A DNA stretch of 64,000 nucleotides, from contig CAWANH010000029.1 in the NCBI GenBank assembly GCA_963783375.1, positions 1,248,001 through 1,312,000 of the forward strand, given 5' to 3'. Shown piece by piece: positions 40,335 to 50,434 of the stretch. The translations under genes and the position numbers were made by a program. The notes below the pieces were generated by a model. It was not told where the DNA came from, ran no database searches, and saw only the letters and a program-made list of their open reading frames with translations. Positions within the stretch are counted from its first letter, which is position 1, and every line of letters starts with the position of its first letter. The stretch comes from Candidatus Eiseniibacteriota bacterium. GTDB lineage: Bacteria > Eisenbacteria > RBG-16-71-46 > JABDJR01.

Positions 40335-41636
40335 TCAACCGACAGGCCGGTTCGAGGTTCGAGGATCCGGGTTGCCCTTCGCCCGGAAGAGATAGCGGGC
40401 GTCCCGGGGCCCGGCGTTGGCCTCGGGGTGGAACTGCACCGCGTGGACGCGCAGGTCCGGCGCGTGGAAACCCTCCAGCACCTGGTCGTTCAGGCTCAGG
40501 TGGGTGGGCTCGACCTTCGACGGCCCGTCTCCCCCGGAGAGCGCCCGAAGCGAATCCGGATCCACCGCGAACCCGTGGTTCTGGCTGGTGATGAGGATCC
40601 GCCCGGTGGCGAGGTCCTTCACCGGATGGTTGATCCCGTGGTGGCCGTACTTCATCTTGTAGGTCCTGGCGCCGAGCGCCAGGGCCAGGACCTGGTGGCC
40701 GAGGCAGATCCCGAAGATCGGCACGCGGCCGATCACCTGGCGGACGGAGGCGATCAGGGCGGTGAGGGCGTCGGGGTCGCCGGGGCCGTTGGAGAGGAGG
40801 ATCCCGTCCGGGTCGTCCCGGAGGAGCTCCTCGGGGGTGGCGTTCGGGGCCACGATACGCACCCGCGCGCCCCGACGGCGAAGCGCGGCGTCGATCCCTT
40901 CCTTCATGCCGCAGTGGACCAGGGTGATGCGGGCGCCGTTCGCGACAAACCGGCCCGCTTCGGCGGATTCCGGGTCTCTCACCGGCGACGCGTCCCCGTT
41001 CCGGGGCTCGCGTGGGAACTCGTCGGCAAGCTCCTGCGCGCCCGCCACCGCCTCCGGCGCGCGCCCGAGGAGCCAGGACGGCCAGTCGTCGGAGCCTCGG
41101 AAGGCGGTGTCGGAGAGAGACGGGGCGACCTCCCGCACCAGGTCCCGCCCGGCCAGCCCCGGAAACGCCTTCACCCGGGCGAGGGCCACGTCGGGGGCCA
41201 CCGAGGCCGGCGCGATCACCCCCCGGAGCGCGCCCATCTCGCGGAGATGGCGGGTGAGGGCGCGGGTGTCCACCTCGGTGAGGCACGGCACCTCGTGGCG
41301 GGCGAGGTAGCCGGTCAAGGTCTCCTCGCTTCGCCAGGAACTGGGCCGGTCGGTGAGGGAGCGCACAACAATGCCGGCGAGCGCCGGCCCCGAGGCCTCG
41401 TTGTCGAAGGCGTTCACCCCGGTGTTTCCGATGTGGCTCGCGGTGAAGGTCACGATCTGGCCGCGATAGGACGGGTCGGTGATGACCTCCTGGTAGCCGG
41501 TCATCCCGGTCTGGAAGACCACCTCGCCGATCCCCGGCGCATCGTTCCGGGCGGGGAGCCCCCGCGGAACGCCGCCCACCAAGGTGCCGACGAAGCGGCG
41601 GCCGTCCTCGAGCAGGAGGTAGCCGGACGCGGTCAT
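40335..41636 (-). CDS. carA: Carbamoyl-phosphate synthase small subunit
   Basis: [45 protein letters not shown]. Confidence 0.95.
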   Translation of the reverse strand: MTASGYLLLEDGRRFVGTLVGGVPRGLPARNDAPGIGEVVFQTGMTGYQEVITDPSYRGQIVTFTASHIGNTGVNAFDNEASGPALAGIVVRSLTDRPSSWRSEETLTGYLARHEVPCLTEVDTRALTRHLREMGALRGVIAPASVAPDVALARVKAFPGLAGRDLVREVAPSLSDTAFRGSDDWPSWLLGRAPEAVAGAQELADEFPREPRNGDASPVRDPESAEAGRFVANGARITLVHCGMKEGIDAALRRRGARVRIVAPNATPEELLRDDPDGILLSNGPGDPDALTALIASVRQVIGRVPIFGICLGHQVLALALGARTYKMKYGHHGINHPVKDLATGRILITSQNHGFAVDPDSLRALSGGDGPSKVEPTHLSLNDQVLEGFHAPDLRVHAVQFHPEANAGPRDARYLFRAKGNPDPRTSNRPVG

Positions 41637-41871
41637 CGGGGGGCGCCGGCCCGCGCCGGCACGAAGACGATCACCCGGATACACGCCGGTACTGGGATTG
41701 CCGGCTTGCGGACTGGGGGAAGCACCCGCCCGCCGGCTCGTGTCGACCGCCCGATGCGGCCCGCGTGTACCCGGGTAAACAAACCGCTCATGGAACCCGC
41801 CATCCGAAACTGCCCCGAAACGAACCGTGACGCCGTGCGCCTGAAGAGAACCGCAGAACCTGGCGTGCCGG

Positions 41872-42051
41872 CCCCCCCGCGAAGCGCGCGGCCTCCGGCC
41901 GAATGCCCTTCGACTCGTCGGGTCCTCCGACGGCCCCCCCCGCGAAGCGCGCGGCCTCCGGCCGAATGCCCTTCGACTCGTCGGGTCCTCCGACGGCCCG
42001 CCCCGCGAAGCGCGCGGCCTCCGGCCGAATGCCCTTCCACTCGTCGGGTCC
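41872..42051. repeat. 63-bp tandem repeat, ~3 copies, between pyrC and carA
   Basis: gaagcgcgcggcctccggccgaatgcccttc recurs at 41881, 41944 and 42007. Confidence 0.95.
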
Positions 42052-42175
42052 GCTCCCTCGGACCGTCCACCGGACGCTCCTTCGGTCGCTCCTTCACCGC
42101 GAAGGGGCCCCCGCTTCGCGGCCCTTCGCGGTTCAGAACGCCTCCTCGCCCGAAGGGCAATTCGCCCCTCGGCTC
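42010..42175 (-). other. Structured interspersed element, copy 2
   Basis: Homologous to 25157-25321 in inverted orientation; stems 42096-42106/42122-42132 and the hairpin at 42060-42080. Confidence 0.7.
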
Positions 42176-42225
42176 GCGCCTACGCGTAGGACGGATGTCC
42201 GGCGTGGGGACAACTGCGGAAGGCG

Positions 42226-43590
42226 TCACGACGCGACGACCTCCGATGCTCCCTGGGGCGACACGGACTTGTGGTGGTAGAGCACGCGCCCCTGGGAGAC
42301 CGTCACCACCGGGAGCCCGGCAAGCGACATCCCGAGCCATGGGCAGTTGGCGCTCTTCCCCACGAAGTCCTTGGCGCGCACCTCCCACGAGGCTTCGAGA
42401 TCCAGCACCGTGAAGTCGGCCGGCCCACCGTCCCGGACCGGGCCGTGCTCCAGGTCCAGCACCCCGGCCGGTCCCAGGGACATGGCCCGCACCAGCTCCT
42501 GGAGTTCCAGGAGCCCCGGCTTCACCAGGCCGGTGTAGAGGGCCGAAAACGCGGTCTCCACCCCGACCACCCCGTTGGGGGCGGCGTCGAACTCCACGTC
42601 CTTCGAGATCTCGGTGTGCGGGGCGTGATCCGTGGCCACCGCGGTCAACACGCCGTCCCGGATCCCCTGGATCAGGGCCTGGCGGTCCGACTCCTCGCGG
42701 AGCGGCGGGGCCATCTTGAAGCGCGGGTCGTAGGACTCAAGCACCGAGTCGGTGAAGAAGAGGTGGTGGGGGGTCACCTCGCCGGTCACCCGGAGCCCCC
42801 GCGCCTGGGCCTCCCGGATCAGTTCCACCGTGCTCGCGCAGGACACGTGGGCCACGTGGAGCCGGCCGCCGGTCAGCTCCACCAACCGGATGTCCCGGGC
42901 CACGATCACTTCCTCGCTGGCCCGCGGCACCGGCTTCAGCCCCAGCTTGGTGGCCATGTACCCCTCGTGCGCCACCCCGTTCCCTTTGAGGTGCGCGTCC
43001 TCGGCGTGCACCACGATCACCTTCCCCAGCATCCCCGCGTACTCCAGGGCCCGTCGCATGAGGTTGGCGTTCATGATGGTGTGACCGTCGTCGGAGAAGG
43101 CCACCGCCCCCGCCGCGGCCAGATCGAACATCTCGGTCAGGGTGGTCCCCTCGAGCCGCCGGCTCACCGCGGCCATGGGATGCACCCGGCTCATCCCCGC
43201 CTCGCGGGCCCGCTCCAGGACGAACCGCACCGATTGCGGATCGTCGATGGGGGGGTCGGTATTGGCCATCGAGGCCACCGCAACGAACCCGCCCCGGGCC
43301 GCCGCCGCGGTGCCGCTGGAGATGGTCTCGGCGTCTTCGTAGCCCGGCTCGCGAAGGTGGACGTGGATGTCCACCAGCCCCGGCACCACCGTCCGCCCGG
43401 CCAGGTCGAACACCAGCGACTCCTCGGGGTGGTCCCCCGGCTGAATGAACCGGATGATGCCCCCGGTCACCAGGAGGTCCTGCCGCCGGGTCTTTTCGGT
43501 ATCGAGGTCCAGGAGATCCACGTTCGAAAACACCAGCGGACGGCGCGCGCTGTCCCACCCCGAAATCCGCATGGCTTGCCAGCGATCCAT
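42226..43590 (-). CDS. pyrC: Dihydroorotase
   Basis: PGLVDIHVHLREPG, FSDDG, HAED, HVAHVS, EVTPHHL, KMAPPLR, ATDHAPH. Confidence 0.96.
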   Translation of the reverse strand: MDRWQAMRISGWDSARRPLVFSNVDLLDLDTEKTRRQDLLVTGGIIRFIQPGDHPEESLVFDLAGRTVVPGLVDIHVHLREPGYEDAETISSGTAAAARGGFVAVASMANTDPPIDDPQSVRFVLERAREAGMSRVHPMAAVSRRLEGTTLTEMFDLAAAGAVAFSDDGHTIMNANLMRRALEYAGMLGKVIVVHAEDAHLKGNGVAHEGYMATKLGLKPVPRASEEVIVARDIRLVELTGGRLHVAHVSCASTVELIREAQARGLRVTGEVTPHHLFFTDSVLESYDPRFKMAPPLREESDRQALIQGIRDGVLTAVATDHAPHTEISKDVEFDAAPNGVVGVETAFSALYTGLVKPGLLELQELVRAMSLGPAGVLDLEHGPVRDGGPADFTVLDLEASWEVRAKDFVGKSANCPWLGMSLAGLPVVTVSQGRVLYHHKSVSPQGASEVVAS

Positions 43591-43662
43591 TCTTCTTGTT
43601 CCCCCTCGTTGTTCGTGAACCGAAAATTCGTGGTCGGCGGCGCCGGAGCGCGGCGCGATCCC

Positions 43663-45181
<1,519 letters not shown>

Positions 45182-45380
45182 TCAGGTTTCCTCGTGCGAT
45201 GGGGTTGGGCGAGCGGACGCGGGACGGAGGGGATGCGGATGAATAGGCGTTCGGCGAGGGAGTTCGGCGCGCCGTCCGGGCCGCGCGCACCGGGCGCACC
45301 GGGCGCCGAAGCCTCGGCGGGCGCGCACCGCGACCCCGGGGGGGACCGGGGAACGGCCGGCGGCGACGGTGCCCCCGGAC

Positions 45381-45412
45381 ACAAAAACACCTTCCCCCTG
45401 ACGGAGGAAGGT
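45381..45412 (-). terminator. Intrinsic (attenuator) terminator in the pyrR leader
   Basis: Minus strand ACCTTCCTCC-GTCA-GGGGGAAGGT followed by GTTTTTGT. Confidence 0.8.
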
Positions 45413-45510
45413 CCGCTTGAAGGCTTCGGCTTTCGATTGTGAGTGGGCGGCTTTGCCTTCGATTCCGAAGGCCGCCGGCCGCCGGTGACGGGCTGGTGTC
45501 ACCTGGGACT

Positions 45511-45543
45511 CCCTTCCCGGGCTCGCTGGTCCGGATTAAAGGT
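45511..45543 (-). promoter_or_regulatory. PyrR-binding stem-loop (anti-antiterminator)
   Basis: Minus strand ACCTTTAATCCGGACCAGCGAGCCCGGGAAGGG has the UUUAA element, a CCNGNGAG loop like the ARUCCNGNGAGGYU consensus and the closing AAGG. Confidence 0.75.
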
Positions 45544-45830
45544 GGCCGTGTACGTCGATGGAGGAATCTACCAGCGCATCCCCGACGGCGCAACCGGAAA
45601 TCTCCCCCGGGGCGGCCGGCGCGCGGCCCCCGCTCCCGAAAGCCCGGCTCACCGGCGCTCCCCTCGCGGAGGCGCCCGGTTCCCCCGACAGGCGGCCGGA
45701 AAATCGAAATGGCCCGGCCGCCCGATTTTGCGTCATACTGGTGCCCGAAGGCGGCGCGGACACGGGGCGCTCCTTCCCCGGCCGCCGGAGCGGCCATCCC
45801 CCCCTCGGCCCCGGAAGAGGGTCGAAATCC

Positions 45831-47177
45831 ATGCCGGATCACTCATGCCGTAGACGGCTCATCCCGATACTCCTCCTGGCCGCGGCACCCGGGTGGATCG
45901 CCGGATGTTCCCGGAACGACGGGGCCTCTCTCGGGCCCGGGTGCCTGGTCGAGCCCCACGCCACGGACTTCCAGGGACTGCTGGTTCCGCTCAGCCCGAA
46001 ACACACCTATTTCCTCGATCAGACCTACGTCATCGAGAACCGGGTGGAAACCTACTCCGTCTACGGGAACGAAGCCCTGTCCGGGACCATTTCCGTTCAT
46101 CTCGAGCCCCCGGTCGAACAACCTCCCCAGGTCCAGATTCTCGTCGCGGGACAAGAGCTCGCCTTCGAGATCGCCCCCCGCGCAAGCCTGGCTTTTCGTC
46201 TCAACGTCTTCGTCCCCCCCGGAACCAGTCCGGCCGAGTACGAAGGGAGCATCGACCTCGGCATCGCGTGCTCCCCGGTTCTTTTCACTCTTCGGGTCCA
46301 TGATCGGCCGGAGCCGCCTCCGACCCCCCAACCTCCCTGGGGGCCCGGGCTGAGCTATGTCCAGGGGATCGCGATAGGCGCCGGAGGAAGCCTCTACGCC
46401 GCCGATCAGATCGCCGACGAGATCTCGGCCCTGAACACCCGGGGCCAGCGATGGGACGTCCTCCGCGCCCTGGACGAAGGCGACAGCCTGTATCTCCCCA
46501 CCGGGGTGGAGACGGGTCCGGAAAGGACTCTCTTCGTCACCGACACCTCACCGGAGCCCCCGCACTACGGCCGCGTCTCCATGTTCGGCCCGGCCGACAC
46601 CCTGCTCGGGAGCTGGGGACCGCCGCCCACCGAGGATGACCTTCCCATCGCCTTCGGCCAGGCCTGGAGCATCGCCGTCGATCCGAACGGGGTGGGCTAC
46701 GTGGTGGATTTCTCCGGGAAGCGTGTCTATCGGTTCCAGGCCCCGCTCGGAGGACGGGAGTTCGCCTACCTGGGGACCTGGCTGCCTCTGGGTACGGTCG
46801 CTTCGCCCTACGGGGTCGCGGTGGACGCCGACCGGTGGGTCTACGTCTCGGACTACTCGGGGAACGCGATCTTCAAGTTCACCCCGAGCGGCGACCTGGT
46901 CCGACGCTTCGGCGCCCGGGGACGGGGACCGGGCCAGTTCATTCAGCCCGCGGGGATCACCGTCGACGGTCACGGCAACCTCTTCGTGGTCGACGGCGGG
47001 AACCACCGGATCCAGAAGTTCGATCCCGACGGCTCCTTTCTGACCGCCTGGGGCGCGGTGGGCGACTCGGTGGGAGAGCTGAACCGGCCGGTGGACGTGG
47101 CGGTGGGGCCGGACGACGCGGTCTACGTCTCCGATTCCGGGAAGCATCGCGTCGAGATCTTCCTGCCGCCGAGATGA
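45831..47177 (+). CDS. NHL-repeat (beta-propeller) lipoprotein with an N-terminal Ig-like domain
   Basis: Lipobox IAG-C; GRGPGQFIQPAGITVD, VVDGGNHRIQKFD, LNRPVDVAV. Confidence 0.85.
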   Translation: MPDHSCRRRLIPILLLAAAPGWIAGCSRNDGASLGPGCLVEPHATDFQGLLVPLSPKHTYFLDQTYVIENRVETYSVYGNEALSGTISVHLEPPVEQPPQVQILVAGQELAFEIAPRASLAFRLNVFVPPGTSPAEYEGSIDLGIACSPVLFTLRVHDRPEPPPTPQPPWGPGLSYVQGIAIGAGGSLYAADQIADEISALNTRGQRWDVLRALDEGDSLYLPTGVETGPERTLFVTDTSPEPPHYGRVSMFGPADTLLGSWGPPPTEDDLPIAFGQAWSIAVDPNGVGYVVDFSGKRVYRFQAPLGGREFAYLGTWLPLGTVASPYGVAVDADRWVYVSDYSGNAIFKFTPSGDLVRRFGARGRGPGQFIQPAGITVDGHGNLFVVDGGNHRIQKFDPDGSFLTAWGAVGDSVGELNRPVDVAVGPDDAVYVSDSGKHRVEIFLPPR

Positions 47178-47329
47178 TAGCTCTCCCCGCGTCCCTCCCG
47201 TCACCGGGACGCGGCGCCCGCCCCCGGCGTTGCGCCGTGGAGTCCCCGGGGGGTACTCTCGGAGGCCCTGAGCGTAGCCTCGGACCTGGACCCCTCACCG
47301 TAGATCGAGAGCGTGGCGTCGTCCCACCC

Positions 47330-48734
47330 ATGAAAACACCATCTTCAACGCGCCGCCCGGACCCGATCTCCGGAAGCATCCGTTCGCGGGGTCGTAACGC
47401 GGGCCGGGGTCGGTTTCTGGTGGCCGTCGCCGCACTGATCGGGGCGAGCGTCGGATGCTCGCAGAAGACCGCTCAACCGCTCCCGCCCAAGTGCGAGCTG
47501 GACCCCCTGGAAATGGACTTCGGCGAGGTCCTGCTCCCCATCCCCGGCCAGTCGGACGTGGTAATGGTCCGGGACTTGAGCATCACCAACCGGGTCTACG
47601 TGAACTCCGCGTCGGGGAATGCGGCCCTGGCCGGGAGCCTGACCATCCGGGTGGAGAGCCCCCAGGAAGTGCCGGTCCAGGTCCGCGTGGTGCCGGTCGG
47701 CCACACGCTCTCCTTTGACATCCCCCCCCGGGGCACCGCCGCTTTCAAGCTGGAGGCGCGGGTCACCGCCGAGACCGGCACCGGCCTCCACACCGGGGCC
47801 ATCGATCTCGGCACCTCCTGCGGCCCGATCCCCTACCGGCTGAATGTCCGGGTGAGGGAGGAGCCCCAGCCGACCTATCTCGGAGCCTGGACCGCCCAGC
47901 AGTACGGCTTCAAGACCATCCAGGCCCTCGACGTGGACGACGAGGGGGACGTGTACGTGGCGGACAGCGAAACGGGCCGGATCACCAGGCACGATCCCAC
48001 GGGTCGGATCGTGGCCACCTACCGGAGTCTCGGGCGGGTTGGAGACCTGTGGCTTCCCACCGGAGTCGCTTCCGAGCGGAATTTCATTTTCACCGCGGAT
48101 ACCGACAAGTCCTCGGGCAAGGGCCGCGTGGCCATGTTCGACAGCACCGCCCGGTTCCGGGCGGCCTGGGGTCCTGCCGGGGATGAAGGGGGGCTTTTCG
48201 GCCTGGCCTGGGACGTGGCGGCCGACGGCCGAGGCTGGATGTACGTGACCGACGTGAGCCATCAGCGGGTGATCAAGTTCCGGGCCCCGCTGGACGTCGG
48301 CTTCAAGATAGAACGGGAGTGGGGTTCCCGAGGTGAAGGGCCGGGACAGTTCGGGGCGATCCAGGGGGTGGCCGCCGACGGACGCGGTCGCGTCTACGTG
48401 TCCGATTGGTTGAGGAACGTCATCCAGGTATTCGACGAGGACGGCTCCTGGCTCGCCGCATGGGGAGGACCGGGGAGCCGGGCCGGAACGCTTCGCCAAG
48501 CCGGCCGGCCTGGGTGTGGACCTCTCAGGGAACGTCTACGTGGCCGACCGGGCCAATCATCGCATCCAGAAGTTCGACCGGAACGGCGCGTTTCTCACCG
48601 CCTGGGGGGAGCCGGGAGTCAAGTCCGGCCAGATGTCCAACCCGGTGGACGTGGCGGTGGCGCCCGACGGCACGATCTACGTGGCCGACTCCGGGAACGC
48701 CCGGGTCGAAGTGTTCGCGCCGGCCCAGGACTGA
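47330..48734 (+). pseudogene. Second NHL-repeat lipoprotein, split by a +1 frameshift near 48479 (pseudogene or sequencing error)
   Basis: Lipobox SVG-C; paralogous to the upstream gene; NHL repeats continue in another frame (VDLSGNVYVADRANHRIQKFD) to the stop at 48734. Confidence 0.8.
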
Positions 48735-48882
48735 GCGGGAACGGGAACCCGGGAATCGTCGGGAAATACTTTCCCCGGCCGGCGGGTATTGATTCAGGGC
48801 CCGGAACGGGCGCCACGGAATTCAATCATCGACGACGCCCGGACGAGGGCGTCCAAGCAATTCTTGTGAAAAGGAGACGACG

Positions 48883-49449
48883 ATGCGAAGCTCCTGGAGC
48901 GCGCTCATCGGAGTGCTCGCCCTCGTCGGGGTCTCGGGCTGCAACAACTCCGTGACCGCCCCCACTCCCCCCGACAATCCCATCCCGCTCAAGGTCGGCG
49001 ACACCTGGCACTATTCGGGAGGCGTCGCCGACTCGGTGACCGGCACCGTCGTCTCCGACGGCAAGGTGTGGGCCCGGATCGGGGGGTCGTTCCTGGGCCA
49101 CGTGCTGGTGCGCATGAACGACCGGCACCAGTTCGTGGTGTTCTTCCCCGACGCCACGCCGCCCACCGAGAGCGTGCTCTTCGACTTCGATCTCCCGCCC
49201 AAGTCCCACTGGGTGTTCAACACCGGCCAGGTCCAGAAGGACACCTCCATCGAGCTGGTGAGCAACGACGACACCATCACCACGCCCGCGGGCACCTTCG
49301 ACCACTGCTACACCTTCTTCCTCGACGTCACCGGTCAGGTGGGGGCGGACCTCACCTACGTGGTGGCCCCGGACGTGGGGATCGTCTACCGGTCCAGCAT
49401 GGACGGGGTCACCAACGCGCTGGAGTCGTTCGTGGAGAAGGAGCCCTAG
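48883..49449 (+). CDS. Hypothetical beta-rich lipoprotein
   Basis: AGGAG RBS; lipobox VSG-C; PLKVGDTWHY, ITTPAGTF.C, APDVGIV motifs typical of a small beta-sheet lipoprotein family. Confidence 0.75.
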   Translation: MRSSWSALIGVLALVGVSGCNNSVTAPTPPDNPIPLKVGDTWHYSGGVADSVTGTVVSDGKVWARIGGSFLGHVLVRMNDRHQFVVFFPDATPPTESVLFDFDLPPKSHWVFNTGQVQKDTSIELVSNDDTITTPAGTFDHCYTFFLDVTGQVGADLTYVVAPDVGIVYRSSMDGVTNALESFVEKEP

Positions 49450-49488
49450 GCACCCGGTGCGCCCCCGGCCTCTGATAGGATCCGCGTC

Positions 49489-50430
49489 ATGGATCCCGAT
49501 CGCCGACGGTTTCTCATCCGGCTCGGAGTCGCCGCCGCCGCAGCGGCTACGGCGCTGGCCGGCCTTCCGCGCCGGCTTCTGGCCGGATCGGGAACCCTCG
49601 GCCTCCCCGGTCCGTCCCTCGGCGAGCCCCTGGCGCTTCGCCGCCGGCCCCGCCGGCCCGCCGCCGGTTTCGCCCCCTTCCCGAACCACGAGGAAGAAAA
49701 ACTCTACGGCGCCGGCACCTACGGGACCGGAGGTCCCGACCTTCTCGCCCGGGCCTTCGCCGCCGGAGTCCGCCTGGTGGCGGTCAGCCCGGACTACGGC
49801 GAAGGGGCCGCCGAGAAGTGGGTGGGAAGCGCCCTCGAGGGCGCCCGCGATCCGGTCTTCGTCATGACCCAGATCCCGGTCGAGGCCTGGGAGGCCGAGA
49901 ACCGGGAAGCCGCCATGGCCCGGGCGCTCCGCCGGAGCCTGGGGCGTCTTGGGCGCGAGCGGGTGGAGGCCCTCCTGGTCCGAAACGCGGAACCCGCCCA
50001 ACTCCAGGACCCTGCCTTCCGGGCCTTCGCCCGGGACGCGCTCGACCGGGGCCTGGTGGGGCGGATCGGAGCCAGCGGCCACGGACCCGACCTGGAGAAG
50101 GTTCTCGCCGCCTCGCTGGAGGACGAGCTCATCCGGATCGTTCTCTTCGGCGCCCACCTCGCCGACTACCGGACCGTCCCCGATCTCCTCCCCGCCGCCC
50201 GGGACCGCGGGGTCTGCCTGGTGGCGATGAAGACGCGCGAGGCGGCGCTCTGGGGGCGCGCGGGGGGATGGCCGGCGGAAGCCGGACGACGGCGATTCTA
50301 CCCCTGGAACGGGGCCTGGGACCCCGCGTTCACGCGGCGGGCGCTGGCCCGGGCCCTCGAACGGACCTCCGCCCACAACGCCGTGTTGAGCCTCGGGCGT
50401 CCCGCCGACCTGGCCGCGATCCTGGGCTAG
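49489..50430 (+). CDS. Tat-signal aldo/keto reductase homolog with a degenerate active site
   Basis: DRRRFL twin-arginine signal; YGEGAAEKWVG, RRSLGRLG, IGASGH, VAMK AKR-fold motifs. Confidence 0.7.
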   Translation: MDPDRRRFLIRLGVAAAAAATALAGLPRRLLAGSGTLGLPGPSLGEPLALRRRPRRPAAGFAPFPNHEEEKLYGAGTYGTGGPDLLARAFAAGVRLVAVSPDYGEGAAEKWVGSALEGARDPVFVMTQIPVEAWEAENREAAMARALRRSLGRLGRERVEALLVRNAEPAQLQDPAFRAFARDALDRGLVGRIGASGHGPDLEKVLAASLEDELIRIVLFGAHLADYRTVPDLLPAARDRGVCLVAMKTREAALWGRAGGWPAEAGRRRFYPWNGAWDPAFTRRALARALERTSAHNAVLSLGRPADLAAILG

Positions 50431-50434
50431 CCCC

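Noticed and set aside
36359-40591. 1410-aa plus-strand ORF (and similar long antisense ORFs at 33388-36606, 19406-21724, 42271-44634)
   Set aside because: Antisense shadows of carB and other real genes, expected at high GC; no recognisable motifs
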